In this document: positions 18,973 through 28,131 of the stretch, in pieces
Layout of the letters: each line of letters opens with the position of its first letter
Numbering within the stretch: the first letter of the stretch is position 1
Origin: Burkholderiales bacterium
GTDB lineage: Bacteria; Pseudomonadota; Gammaproteobacteria; Burkholderiales; SG8-41
Length of the DNA: 64,000 bases
Direction: 5' to 3'
Assembly: GCA_030683105.1 (NCBI GenBank)
Contig: JAUXMZ010000003.1
Location: forward strand, 86,703 to 150,702
The notes under the pieces: generated by a model
Seen by the model: only the letters and a program-made list of their open reading frames with translations
The model's database searches: none
What the model was told of the DNA's origin: nothing
Position numbers and translations under genes: made by a program

Positions 18973-19343
18973 GTGCCAACGGCGGATATGATTCGCATGT
19001 CCCTGACAAAGATCGAGCGCGCGTATCGCAATACCACCTACCTGGTCGATCATCCGGAGGGCACTTTCGGCATACTGCCGGGTGAGCCCTGCCTGCGGCT
19101 CGATGCGCTGCTCGCCGCGCACGGTGTATCCTGCTGGGCGTACGTGACAGCATGGAATCCGCGCTCGGAGCCATGCCGGCTGAACTCAATGCGGCGCGTC
19201 ACGCAGACCTGCTCGCGTGCGTTTCACAATCAGGATATTCGGTGTTGCCGGGACACGGTCAGCCGGACTGCGGCGACTGGGTTGCCGAAGAAAGCCTGTT
19301 GATCCTGGGCATGGCCGAAGCCGCGGCACTTGGCTCGGACTGA
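18973..19343 (+). pseudogene. DUF3293-like gene interrupted by a frameshift
   Basis: Frame 1 gives ..AYRNTTYLV..LDALLAAHGVSCWAYVTAWNPRSE; the family-like continuation (MPAELNAARHADLL..GDWVAEESLLILGM..AAALG) is in the next frame from about 19170; family recalled from memory. Confidence 0.5.
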
Positions 19344-19394
19344 CGGGCAGAAAGGCTGTGGCGATCACATGAACAACATGAGAGGAGCAGGCAC

Positions 19395-20363
19395 ATGCGA
19401 TTCAGTTTGAGAGTGGCGGCGGGTGGCGTGCTGGCGGCGGTGTCGTTGGCTGCAGCAGCGCAGGGTTTTCCGAATAAACCGGTGCGTATCGTGGTGCCGT
19501 TCCCCCCGGGCGGCGGGGTGGACATCATCGCCCGCCTGGTCGGACCCAAGCTTGCCAAGGAATACGGCCAGCAGGTCATCGTCGAGAATCGCGCGGGTGC
19601 TGCGGGCATTATCGGCACCGAGTACGCGGCGCGCGCCGCGCCCGATGGCTACACCTGGGCACTTGCCACGCTGGGCAACCTTGCGGTCAACAAGCATCTG
19701 TATTCGACGATGACGGTGGACCCGTTGCGCGATCTGGCACCGGTGACGCACGTAGTGGATGTGCATTTCGTGATGGTCGCGCATCCGTCGCTGCCGGCTA
19801 AAAGTGTGAAACAGCTGATCGCGCTGGCCAAGGCACGCCCAGGCGAGATCACTTATTCGTCCTCGGGCGCGGGCGGCGCGCCTCATCTGGGCGGAGAACT
19901 GTTCAACCGCCTGGCCGGCGTGAAAATCACGCACGTGCCGTACAAGGGCAGCGGCCCGAGTTTTGCCGATCTGCTGGGCGGCCATGTTTCGCTGACCTAC
20001 GACAGCATGCTGCAGGCGCTGCCCTACATTCGCGGCCGGAAACTAAATGCGCTGGGCGTGCTCGGCGCGAAACGCGCGGCACAACTGCCGGATGTGCCGA
20101 CGATAGCCGAGCAGGGCGTGGCGGGCTATGAATTGACCAATTGGTTCGCGCTGGTCGTGCCGGCGGCAACGCCGAGGGACCTGGTCGCGCGCATCCATGA
20201 CGATTTCACCCGGGCGCTGCAGGACAAGGAGACCCGAGACAAAATTGCGGCCATGGGCGCAGATGTGGTGGCGAACCGGCCGGAGGAGTTCGGCAAGTTC
20301 TGGCGCGCCGAATCGGACAAATGGGCGCGGGTAATCAGGGAAGCGAACATCAAGGCGAATTGA
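19395..20363 (+). CDS. Bug-family (TctC-like) substrate-binding protein
   Basis: VRIVVPFPPGGGVD and SSSGAGGAPHL motifs; signal peptide ending AAAQG; GAGAGGAG SD. Confidence 0.9.
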   Translation: MRFSLRVAAGGVLAAVSLAAAAQGFPNKPVRIVVPFPPGGGVDIIARLVGPKLAKEYGQQVIVENRAGAAGIIGTEYAARAAPDGYTWALATLGNLAVNKHLYSTMTVDPLRDLAPVTHVVDVHFVMVAHPSLPAKSVKQLIALAKARPGEITYSSSGAGGAPHLGGELFNRLAGVKITHVPYKGSGPSFADLLGGHVSLTYDSMLQALPYIRGRKLNALGVLGAKRAAQLPDVPTIAEQGVAGYELTNWFALVVPAATPRDLVARIHDDFTRALQDKETRDKIAAMGADVVANRPEEFGKFWRAESDKWARVIREANIKAN

Positions 20364-20402
20364 CAATAGCGGCCTGTCTGACGGGCCCGGGGAGCTGACA
20401 CT

Positions 20403-21230
20403 ATGAAAGAGCCACGCAAAGAACGACGCCGCCAGGCCGAGAAGGCCTATCTTAAGGAATCGTTTCTGAAGAGCAGCGAAGCCCGGCCGCTGCGCATCCT
20501 GGCCGAGTATCTCGAACCAAAATTACGCTTCGATCATCATCGTATCGACGACACGATCGTGTTCATGGGCTCGGCCCGCGTGCTGTCGCGCGAGCAGGCC
20601 GAGGCCGGGGTCGGCGCCGCCCAGAACGGCGAAGGCGACCTCGAGCACGCGCGCCGGCAACTCGCGATGTCGCGCTACTATGAGGACGCGCGCGAGCTTG
20701 CGCGCCGTTTTACCGAGTGGTCCAAACATCTGGGTGACGATGAGCGTCGCTTCGTCGTGTGCACCGGCGGCGGGCCCGGCATCATGGAGGCGGCAAACCG
20801 CGGCGCCTCGGAGGCCAAGGGCCTGAACATCGGGCTTACCATCTCGATCCCGGTCGAAGAGTTCGACAATCGTTATGTGACGCGCGAGCTGTCGTTCCAC
20901 TTCCACTATTTTTTCATGCGTAAATTCTGGTTTGCCTATCTCGCCAAGGCGCTGTTCGTATTTCCGGGCGGCTTTGGCACGCTCGATGAGTTGTTTGAGA
21001 TCATCACGCTGCGGCAGACGGGCAAGATGACCAAGCCGCTGGTCATCGTGCTGTTCGGCACTGATTACTGGAACGAGGTGATCAATCTGGACGCGCTGGT
21101 CCGCCACGGCACCATCAGCGCCAAGGATCTGGAGCTGTTTCACCGCACCGATTCGGTGGACGAGGCATTCGGGATCGTGACGCGGCATCTCACCGAACAC
21201 GCGCTGGCCGAGCGGGGCGCGTTCCTCTAG
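20403..21230 (+). CDS. LOG family / TIGR00730-type Rossmann-fold nucleotide-binding protein
   Basis: GGGPGIMEAANRGA and PGGFGTLDELFE motifs. Confidence 0.85.
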   Translation: MKEPRKERRRQAEKAYLKESFLKSSEARPLRILAEYLEPKLRFDHHRIDDTIVFMGSARVLSREQAEAGVGAAQNGEGDLEHARRQLAMSRYYEDARELARRFTEWSKHLGDDERRFVVCTGGGPGIMEAANRGASEAKGLNIGLTISIPVEEFDNRYVTRELSFHFHYFFMRKFWFAYLAKALFVFPGGFGTLDELFEIITLRQTGKMTKPLVIVLFGTDYWNEVINLDALVRHGTISAKDLELFHRTDSVDEAFGIVTRHLTEHALAERGAFL

Positions 21231-21320
21231 AGCGGTTACATAATAACTGTGGGACCTTTTGTTGGATTACCCTCCAGTCTATTCATCGCATATCAAGCGT
21301 ATCCGCGCCGCCCTCCTGTA

Positions 21321-21339
21321 TTTCATCGAATTGATGAAA
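21321..21339. promoter_or_regulatory. perfect 19-bp palindrome TTTCATCGAATTGATGAAA (candidate operator)
   Basis: Read directly; located in an AT-rich 260-bp gap, 150 nt upstream of the PcaC-like gene. Confidence 0.35.
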
Positions 21340-21491
21340 ATATTAAGAATATGGCCTCGCTTGTTTTAATTTCGTGAGCGCACAAGGGCGGGGGTAAAAT
21401 TAAAGCAGCCAGGCACGATATATCGCTGTTTTGGCATTGCGCACGGAAAATCGACCTGGTTCCTTTCAATCCTATTTATAAAGGAGGTCCC

Positions 21492-21875
21492 ATGGACCGC
21501 AAGCTGATGGAAGCAGGTCTTGCAGCACGCCGCTCGGTACTCGGAGAAGAGTATGTAGATCGTGCGATGAAAAATGCAGACAATTTCAACAAGCCTTTTC
21601 AGGAGATCGTGAGCGAGTATTGCTGGGGCCTGTGCTGGACCGATGATACGCTCACACGGCGCGAGCGCAGCATACTCAATCTGGGCATGATCGCGGCGCT
21701 GGGCAAAATGCAGGAGTTCGAGCTGCATTTCCGCGGCGCGCTGAAAAACGGGCTCACAGAAGACGAATTGCGCTCGGTGCTGACCCAGATCGCAGTTTAC
21801 TGCGGCATCCCGGTCGGTGTTGACTGTTTTCGCACGGCAAAGCAGGTGCTGGCCGACATGAAAGGCAAGGCCTGA
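21492..21875 (+). CDS. 4-carboxymuconolactone decarboxylase-like (CMD family) protein
   Basis: 127 aa; ..RERSILNLGMIAALG...EL..H...AL.NG.T..EL.EVL.Q..VYCGIP pattern typical of PcaC-type CMD proteins; AAGGAGG SD. Confidence 0.85.
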   Translation: MDRKLMEAGLAARRSVLGEEYVDRAMKNADNFNKPFQEIVSEYCWGLCWTDDTLTRRERSILNLGMIAALGKMQEFELHFRGALKNGLTEDELRSVLTQIAVYCGIPVGVDCFRTAKQVLADMKGKA

Positions 21876-21885
21876 GCGGACGCAG

Positions 21886-22644
21886 TCAGGTGTCGTTATT
21901 CGAGCCCGGCCATCGCGGCGTGTGCCACGGGATCAGCATCGGCACCGCTTTCTGGTAGGCGCGGTAGTCGGCGCCGAACTCGTCGGCGAGGTCGCGTTCT
22001 TCGAGCCGCGCGCCGATCACGATCCACGCGCTCCACAGCACGCCGAACAGCAGGCGATCGAGCGTGATGTCGGGGCATGCCCAGATCAGCACCAGCATCA
22101 GGAAGTAAAGAGGATGGCGCACCCAGCGATATGGGCCGCGTATGGCGAGCGGCAGGGTGCGCGTTTCCTTGCCTGCAAGATGCCTGAGCAGGGCATGCAT
22201 GCCGAGCGCATCGAGGTGTTTGAGGGTGTGCAGGCCCCACAGGAGGCCGATCACGCCGGCAGCGAAAATCCCGCGCAGGATCCAGCGCGCCGGACCCTGC
22301 GCCGAGTAGATGACGATGTCCGAGCGCTGCCAGAACGCGAGGAATACGAACAGCACGATGCCGGATGCGATGGCGTAGATCGCGGGACGGTACGGCTCAG
22401 GCAGCGCGGCGAGCGCTCGCTCGCGGAATGACTTGCGCACCATGCCGCTGTGCTGAGCGAAGAAGGCCAGGCTGAGTACAGTGTCGAGCGTGAGTGCTGC
22501 GCCGGTGGCGAGGCCAAGCGGCACGAGTTCGAACGGCCCGGCGTAAAGGAACACGCCAAACAGCGCGAGCGAGCTCCCGCCCAGCAGCACGGCGCCGGCC
22601 AGCAGCAGATAGGCGGTTATTTTTCCGGAGAATCTCATGCGCAC
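21886..22644 (-). CDS. membrane methyltransferase family protein (ICMT/PEMT-like)
   Basis: Multi-TM protein with GPYRWVRHPLYF motif characteristic of isoprenylcysteine carboxyl / phospholipid methyltransferase families. Confidence 0.7.
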   Translation of the reverse strand: MRMRFSGKITAYLLLAGAVLLGGSSLALFGVFLYAGPFELVPLGLATGAALTLDTVLSLAFFAQHSGMVRKSFRERALAALPEPYRPAIYAIASGIVLFVFLAFWQRSDIVIYSAQGPARWILRGIFAAGVIGLLWGLHTLKHLDALGMHALLRHLAGKETRTLPLAIRGPYRWVRHPLYFLMLVLIWACPDITLDRLLFGVLWSAWIVIGARLEERDLADEFGADYRAYQKAVPMLIPWHTPRWPGSNNDT

Positions 22645-22645
22645 A

Positions 22646-23938
22646 TCAGGGCCTGTCGATCTCGAAATCGATGCGCTCGTATACGGGCAAGCCCTGAAGG
22701 TAGCGGCGCAGGCAGTCCAGCCCCATCTCTACCGCGCCAAGTCGCACCCAATCCCGGCCCCCTACGATGCGGCTGCGGCGTGATGCAGTATCATGCTCGC
22801 TCGCGATCGCAAGGCAGATGGTGCCGCCTATATCAATCCGGTCCGTGCCTTCATCGAGATCGATCAGGACCGCCAGCGCAAGCGTTGCGCCGGTCTGCTG
22901 TCGGGCGGCACGTGCCACGGCTTCGGCGGTTTCGCGCGTGAGTTCACCCGCCCCCGTCCCGTCTGCCGCCACGGCACGGTCGAGTCCGATTACAGCGCAG
23001 GCATCGCTCACATCAGGGATCACGATGCCGCGGCGTATGATTTTACCGGCGCCAGGCAGGTGAGCGAGGCGCGCAGCGATCTGCCCGCTGGTAAAAGTCT
23101 CAACCAGTGACAGTGACGCATGACGGTCGCCCAGCGCGTCGAGGACGACCCGTTCAAGGGTCTGATCGCCTTCGGCAAGGATGAAGTTGCCCAGGCGCCG
23201 TCGTACTTCCTGCTCGACCGGCGCGAGTTTATTTTGTATGTCGTCCATGTCTTTGCCGCGTACCGTGAGCTTGGTTTCGAGTTGCGGGTAATGCGCTCTG
23301 AAACCGAGCTTCACGCTGCCGTCAGGGGCCAGTGCTTCGACGCCCGCAAGCAGGGCATCGGCATGCGATTCGCCTATGCCATAAGAATGGAAGCGCTTGA
23401 GAAAGATCGCCGTCTGCAGGCCGCTTTTAGCGAGGAGCCGGGGGATGAGCTGATCTTCCAGCATGCGACGCAGTTCGCGTGGCACGCCCGGCGTGAAAAA
23501 GAAGCGGGCGCGGCCGATGTTCAGCGCAAATCCGCATGCGGTACCGACCGGGTTGTCGATCACTTCCGCGCCGGCGGGCAGCATGGCCTGCTTGCGGTTG
23601 TTGGGCGGCATCACGCGGCCGCGTTTTGCGAAGTAATCCTCCATTCGTGACAGCCATTCTTCGTTCAGGGCGAGGTCGACGCCGGCGGCGCGGGCTGCAA
23701 TTTCCTGGGACAGGTCATCGACCGTGGGGCCGAGCCCGCCATTGACGATGACTGCATCGGCACGTTCTGCGGCCAGCCTGAACGCGAGCAGCAGGTTCCC
23801 GCGATCATCGCCCACCGTCGTTTCCCATTGGACCGAGAGCCCGAAGTCCTCCAGCTTCTGACTGATGTAGCTGAAGTTGGTATTGACGATCTTGCCTGTG
23901 AGAACTTCGTCGCCGGTGCAAATTACCTCGATGTGCAT
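22646..23938 (-). CDS. cinA: CinA family protein (MoCF-binding domain + PncC-like NMN deamidase domain)
   Basis: N-terminus MHIEVICTGDEVLTGKIVNTN..GGLGPTVDD typical of CinA; 430 aa two-domain length. Confidence 0.85.
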   Translation of the reverse strand: MHIEVICTGDEVLTGKIVNTNFSYISQKLEDFGLSVQWETTVGDDRGNLLLAFRLAAERADAVIVNGGLGPTVDDLSQEIAARAAGVDLALNEEWLSRMEDYFAKRGRVMPPNNRKQAMLPAGAEVIDNPVGTACGFALNIGRARFFFTPGVPRELRRMLEDQLIPRLLAKSGLQTAIFLKRFHSYGIGESHADALLAGVEALAPDGSVKLGFRAHYPQLETKLTVRGKDMDDIQNKLAPVEQEVRRRLGNFILAEGDQTLERVVLDALGDRHASLSLVETFTSGQIAARLAHLPGAGKIIRRGIVIPDVSDACAVIGLDRAVAADGTGAGELTRETAEAVARAARQQTGATLALAVLIDLDEGTDRIDIGGTICLAIASEHDTASRRSRIVGGRDWVRLGAVEMGLDCLRRYLQGLPVYERIDFEIDRP

Positions 23939-24034
23939 GCTGGACCGTCTCCCGTCTGAATTGATCTGTCCACGTGATTGTTCGCAACGGTGCTATTGTC
24001 TCATTATCGCAAGCACTGCGAGGGAGAGAACGGG

Positions 24035-24097
24035 GTTCAAGGTTCAAGGTTCAAAGTTCAAAGTTCAAAGTTCAAAGTTCAAAGTTCAAAGTTCGGG
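24035..24097. repeat. heptamer array GTTCAAG x2, GTTCAAA x6, GTTCGGG
   Basis: Direct reading; upstream flank of the small ORF at 24223. Confidence 0.95.
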
Positions 24098-24222
24098 GAT
24101 GAAGACCCGTTGCGCAGCCAATCCGGCGAAAAAACCAGTAAACTGTTTGTTATATTCCAACGCGAAATGTTGCGGCGGGTCAATTCGGGTTGAAGCGTTA
24201 ATGTCCGGGAGGGCAGGGGAAA

Positions 24223-24459
24223 ATGACGAAGAAACTCTCGCGTCCGATCAAATCTGATCGGGACTATAAAGATGCGTCAGCTGTCACGAATAAAATTCGC
24301 AACCAAACCGAGCGCGAGCCGGCAGCGGAACGCCGTTTGCAAGCGCTGATTGACGCCATGGAGAAATACGATAGCGAGGACGACGAGGGACCGAATGATG
24401 GAGCGGAAGAGGCCTATAATCTGCCTGGTCGCCGCTGGTCAGACAGGGATGAGGGATGA
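24223..24459 (+). CDS. small acidic protein resembling the pre-HTH N-terminal segment of HigA-type antitoxins (tentative)
   Basis: 78-aa ORF with GGAGG SD; RPIKSDRDYKDA..RRLQALIDAMEKYD resembles the PIxTExDYxxAL...L..LIExYE N-terminus of HigA-like regulators, but no HTH domain follows. Confidence 0.4.
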   Translation: MTKKLSRPIKSDRDYKDASAVTNKIRNQTEREPAAERRLQALIDAMEKYDSEDDEGPNDGAEEAYNLPGRRWSDRDEG

Positions 24460-24503
24460 GGGTTCAAAGTTCAAGGTTCAAAGTTCAAGGTTCAAGGTTC
24501 GGG
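24445..24503. repeat. heptamer arrays GGGATGA x2 then GTTCAAA/GTTCAAG x5 + GTTCGGG
   Basis: Direct reading; the stop codon of the small ORF lies in the GGGATGA units; same orientation and same GTTCGGG end unit as the array at 24035. Confidence 0.9.
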
Positions 24504-24578
24504 ACTGAGGGATAGGATGGGGGTTGTCGTCTCTAAGCGATTGAATAATTCCAGTGGGTAACGACAAGTGATACGTAC

Positions 24579-25811
24579 GTGAGCACACCCGCCGGACGCA
24601 TCATCGCCACGGTCTGCATTGCCGAAGTGCTGAGCATGACGGCGTTTGCCTCTTTTGCTGCGCTGCTGCCGTCACTGGCGCCCGAGTTCGGTCTCAACAA
24701 TTCCCAGGCCGGATTGATCAGCGGGACCGTGCTTGGCGGCTACATGGCGGGTGTGCCTTTTCTCGGGTCGCTGACCGACCGGGTCGATGCGCGTCGGGTG
24801 TACGGCGTCGCGGCGATCGTTGCCGCATGCGGTGCGCTGGGCTTTTCTTTTTTCGCGAGCGGTTTCTGGTCGGCTTTGCTGTGCCAGGCGCTGATCGGTG
24901 TCGGACTCGCCGGCACCTACATTCCCGGCATGAAGGCGCTGACCGATCGTATCGAGGGGCCGTGGCAGAGCCGCGGCGCAGCCATTTACGGTGCAATGTT
25001 TGGCGCCGGAACCAGCGGCTCGCTGATTCTGAGCGGTGCGATTGCCGGTGCCTTCGGCTGGCGGACCGCTTTCCTGGCAGCCAGCATAGGGCCGCTGCTG
25101 GCCGGCGCGATCATCGTGCTCGCATTGAAGCGATCGACACCCCAGCCAGCAGCGCCCCGCGCGCTGCTCGACTTCCGGCCCGTGCTGCGCAATGCCGCGG
25201 TGCGCCCCTACCTGTTCGCCTCGGCCGCGCACTCCTGGGAGTTGCACGCGACACGCACGTGGCTGGTGGCTTTTCTCACGTTTGCCGCCGGACTCAGCGG
25301 CGGTGCCGGCAGTGATCCCGGTGCCATTGCGCTGACGGCTGCGATGATTATTCTGCTCGGGCCGATCGCCAGCGTGAGCGGCAACGAGTTTGCGTTGCGC
25401 TTTGGCCGGGCACGCATGATGACCATAGGCGCGACGGTGTCCGCTATTCTGAGTTGCGCCTTCGGCTTTCTCGCTGGATCGCCGTGGATAGCGCTGCTGG
25501 CCTTCGCAGTCGTGCACATGTACTTCGTCGGCGTCGATGCCGGCACCATGACTGCCGGTGTGGTAAACGCGGCCGATCCGGCACATCGCGGGGCCACCAT
25601 GGCGCTTTACTCGCTGCTCGGTTTTGGTACCGGGTTCATCTCGCCCGCGGCATTCGGTGCGGTTTTGGATCTGGCCGGGGGGCGCGGGGAACTCATGGCC
25701 TGGGGACTCGCATTCGTGAGTCTGGGCGTGGTTGCGTTCCTGGGGGTCATTCCGGCGCGCAGGCTGGCGAAGCGCGCAGGGTCGGGGGAAATCTGGCGGG
25801 CAAATGCCTGA
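24579..25811 (+). CDS. MFS transporter
   Basis: 410 aa, about 12 TM; GSLTDRVDARR loop motif between TM2 and TM3; GTG start is tentative. Confidence 0.8.
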   Translation: MSTPAGRIIATVCIAEVLSMTAFASFAALLPSLAPEFGLNNSQAGLISGTVLGGYMAGVPFLGSLTDRVDARRVYGVAAIVAACGALGFSFFASGFWSALLCQALIGVGLAGTYIPGMKALTDRIEGPWQSRGAAIYGAMFGAGTSGSLILSGAIAGAFGWRTAFLAASIGPLLAGAIIVLALKRSTPQPAAPRALLDFRPVLRNAAVRPYLFASAAHSWELHATRTWLVAFLTFAAGLSGGAGSDPGAIALTAAMIILLGPIASVSGNEFALRFGRARMMTIGATVSAILSCAFGFLAGSPWIALLAFAVVHMYFVGVDAGTMTAGVVNAADPAHRGATMALYSLLGFGTGFISPAAFGAVLDLAGGRGELMAWGLAFVSLGVVAFLGVIPARRLAKRAGSGEIWRANA

Positions 25812-25843
25812 GTCTGTTGACCACCCCGTCTGCTTCGCGGCCA

Positions 25844-25865
25844 CCCCTCCTTGTGGAAGGAGGGG
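25844..25865. terminator. bidirectional hairpin CCCCTCCTT-GTGG-AAGGAGGGG
   Basis: Perfect 9-bp GC-rich stem between the convergent MFS and Bug genes. Confidence 0.55.
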
Positions 25866-25885
25866 AGTTATTGGGTGCGCCGGCT

Positions 25886-26878
25886 TTAGTGCAGTTTCAG
25901 TCCCGCGGCTTTTACCAGTTGGCGCCACTTGGCGATTTCGGATTTGATATGCGCGCTGAATTGTTCGGGGCTGCTGCCGACAGGGGTGGAGCCGTCGCCG
26001 CTTAACCGCTGCATGACTTCGGGCGATTTCAGCGCGTCGGCCATCGCGGCGGAGAGTTTCGCGACGATGGGGCGGGGCACTTTGGCTGACGTGATCACGC
26101 CGTACCACTGATCGACTTCGTAGCCGGGGACCCCGGCTTCGGACACTGTCGGCAGGTCGGGCACCGCGGGTGAGCGCTTTCCTGCGGTGATGGCGATTGC
26201 ACGCAGGCGGCCGCTCGTCATGTGGGGACGCACGCCGAACAGCGTGCCAAAACCCACCTGGACGTCACCTGCCAGCATGGCGACGGTCACGCCGGCAGTG
26301 CCTTTATATGGCACGTGGACCATTTTGACGCGCGCCATATGATTGAACATTTCGCCGGCGAAGTGCTGCAATCCCCCGGTGCCCGACGAGCCGAAGTTGA
26401 GCTTGTCAGGATTCGCCTTGGCGTAGGTGACCAGTTCCTTGATCGATTTCACCGGGACTGAAGGGTGGTGATAGACCACGTAGAACAGCGACGTCGCCTG
26501 CGTTATGCCCTGCAGGTCGCGGACGAGGTCGTACGGCAGCTTCGGGTTGGTTGCTGAATTGACGACATTTGACGCCGAAATGAGGCAGATCGTGTAGCCG
26601 TCAGGAATTGCCTGTGCGGTGAGTTCCACGCCGATCGCACCCGCCGCGCCGGTGCGGTTGTCCGCGACGACCTGCTGGCCCCATGCATCCGTGAGTTTCT
26701 GGGCGATGGTGCGCGCGGTAGTGTCAGTGCCGGCGCCTGCAGTGAACGGCACGATGAAGCGGATCGGCTTGTTCGGATAATCTTTCGCGATATTGGCTTG
26801 TGCGGCAAACAGCGGCTGGGCAAAACATGCGCTGGCGAAAAATGCGGTCGCCCACAGGGCTTTATGCGGCTGGAACAT
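25886..26878 (-). CDS. Bug-family (TctC-like) substrate-binding protein
   Basis: IRFIVPFTAGAGTD and GSSGTGGLQHF motifs; signal peptide; AGAGGAGGGAG SD. Confidence 0.9.
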   Translation of the reverse strand: MFQPHKALWATAFFASACFAQPLFAAQANIAKDYPNKPIRFIVPFTAGAGTDTTARTIAQKLTDAWGQQVVADNRTGAAGAIGVELTAQAIPDGYTICLISASNVVNSATNPKLPYDLVRDLQGITQATSLFYVVYHHPSVPVKSIKELVTYAKANPDKLNFGSSGTGGLQHFAGEMFNHMARVKMVHVPYKGTAGVTVAMLAGDVQVGFGTLFGVRPHMTSGRLRAIAITAGKRSPAVPDLPTVSEAGVPGYEVDQWYGVITSAKVPRPIVAKLSAAMADALKSPEVMQRLSGDGSTPVGSSPEQFSAHIKSEIAKWRQLVKAAGLKLH

Positions 26879-26955
26879 GGCAACTCCCTCCTCTTTTATC
26901 CATCATAGCCGCTTGTCATGAGCAGTGATAGCTGCGGCAGCACTGTCCAGGCGGT

Positions 26956-27741
26956 CTACGGCTTGGGTGCCTGGCGCGTCAGTTCGCCGCGCAGTTCGCT
27001 CAGTTTGGCTTTGATCCGTGCGGCGTTGTCGTTGCCGATGCGCATCAGGATCTTCTGGCCCGCCGAGCGCGCTTCCAACGCGGGGTCGGCGAACAGATAA
27101 AAGACTTTGGGGCGCACCAGCCCGGGCGGCGCCCCCAGATCCGGCGTGGCCAGCAGGTGATCGATGACTTCGACCAGACGATCGTTGAAATAGCCTTTCG
27201 GATATCCCAGATCCTGATACGCCTGCTGGAACAATGGGTAGTAGTGGACATAACGCGCCACCAGTTTTTTGGCGTCGATGACTTCGGCCAGCTTTACATA
27301 AAGTGCGTAGCGGGCGGCATTGTCCGGCGCCATGGCCTGGTTATTGTCTTTGCCGCTGACGAGGAATTTTCCGCCGGGCAGCTTCAACGGGATCAGCCTC
27401 AAGGCCAGTTTCTGGCGCGGCAGATTATCGACGGTGACAACGATGCGGCGCACGAAATCCTGCGGCAGCAATAGTTCGATGAGCGATTTATCGGACACCA
27501 ACTCGTCCAGCGCGTTCCTCATTGTGGAGTCGCTCACATCGAGCGCGGGCAGCGGTTGTTCCGGAGTTCGCTGTGCGAGCGGAAAGCGTATTTGCGGTTC
27601 AGCGGGCGCCGGCGGTTGCGCGGCAGCGGGCGGTTGCCGCACCGTTGGCTCCGGCTGCGTCTTCGGCAACGCGTAGTAGATGATCAGGGCGCACAGGCCC
27701 AATCCCACAATGATGATCGACCACCAGATGGCCTTGCTCAC
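26956..27741 (-). CDS. DUF3014-like membrane-anchored protein
   Basis: 261 aa; N-terminal TM, Pro-rich linker, then ..YYPLFQQAYQDLGYPKGYFNDRLVEVIDHLLATP..FADPALEARSAGQK.. as I recall for DUF3014. Confidence 0.6.
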   Translation of the reverse strand: MSKAIWWSIIIVGLGLCALIIYYALPKTQPEPTVRQPPAAAQPPAPAEPQIRFPLAQRTPEQPLPALDVSDSTMRNALDELVSDKSLIELLLPQDFVRRIVVTVDNLPRQKLALRLIPLKLPGGKFLVSGKDNNQAMAPDNAARYALYVKLAEVIDAKKLVARYVHYYPLFQQAYQDLGYPKGYFNDRLVEVIDHLLATPDLGAPPGLVRPKVFYLFADPALEARSAGQKILMRIGNDNAARIKAKLSELRGELTRQAPKP

Positions 27742-27940
27742 AAGAAGGGGCTCCTTCGATCGTTGAAGGTGTAGCGCTCCAGAATAGCACAGTGGGGAAG
27801 GGCGGGGATAAGGGCCCTAAAGGATACGTTACACTTAATGATGGAGGAGGAAGGAGGTGAAATAAAAAGCGGCACATTTCCCCGTGATGTCTTATCATCT
27901 TAACTGGCCGACCCAGGCCGGTACCACTAGGAGAACGACC

Positions 27941-28069
27941 ATGTCCAAAGGCCAGCAACGCAGCAACAAGGAAAAGAAGAAACCCAAAAAACAGAAACAG
28001 CCCGCGGCTGTGGCTGTGACGTTCATCAAAAAGCCCAGGGCAAACGAGCCGATCAAAAACCCATCCTGA
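27941..28069 (+). CDS. small lysine-rich basic protein (42 aa)
   Basis: ATG 27941 with AGGAGA SD 7 nt upstream; MSKGQQRSNKEKKKPKKQKQ..; the upstream part of the 61-aa ORF lacks an SD. Confidence 0.5.
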   Translation: MSKGQQRSNKEKKKPKKQKQPAAVAVTFIKKPRANEPIKNPS

Positions 28070-28090
28070 TATAAACGGGGCCGGCCAGGC

Positions 28091-28113
28091 GCCGACTGCC
28101 CATTCGGCAGCGG
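28091..28113. terminator. GC-rich hairpin between convergent genes
   Basis: gccgactgcc-cattc-ggcagcggc, stem with one bulge, between the small basic protein gene and the RIO-like kinase gene. Confidence 0.35.
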
Positions 28114-28131
28114 CCGCCTGCTGCCTTCGTT

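Noticed and set aside
21411-21427. Sigma-54-type promoter GGCACGATATATCGCT upstream of the PcaC-like gene
   Set aside because: The GG-to-GC spacing is one base longer than the canonical TGGCACG-N4-TTGC, and no enhancer-binding protein gene is nearby.
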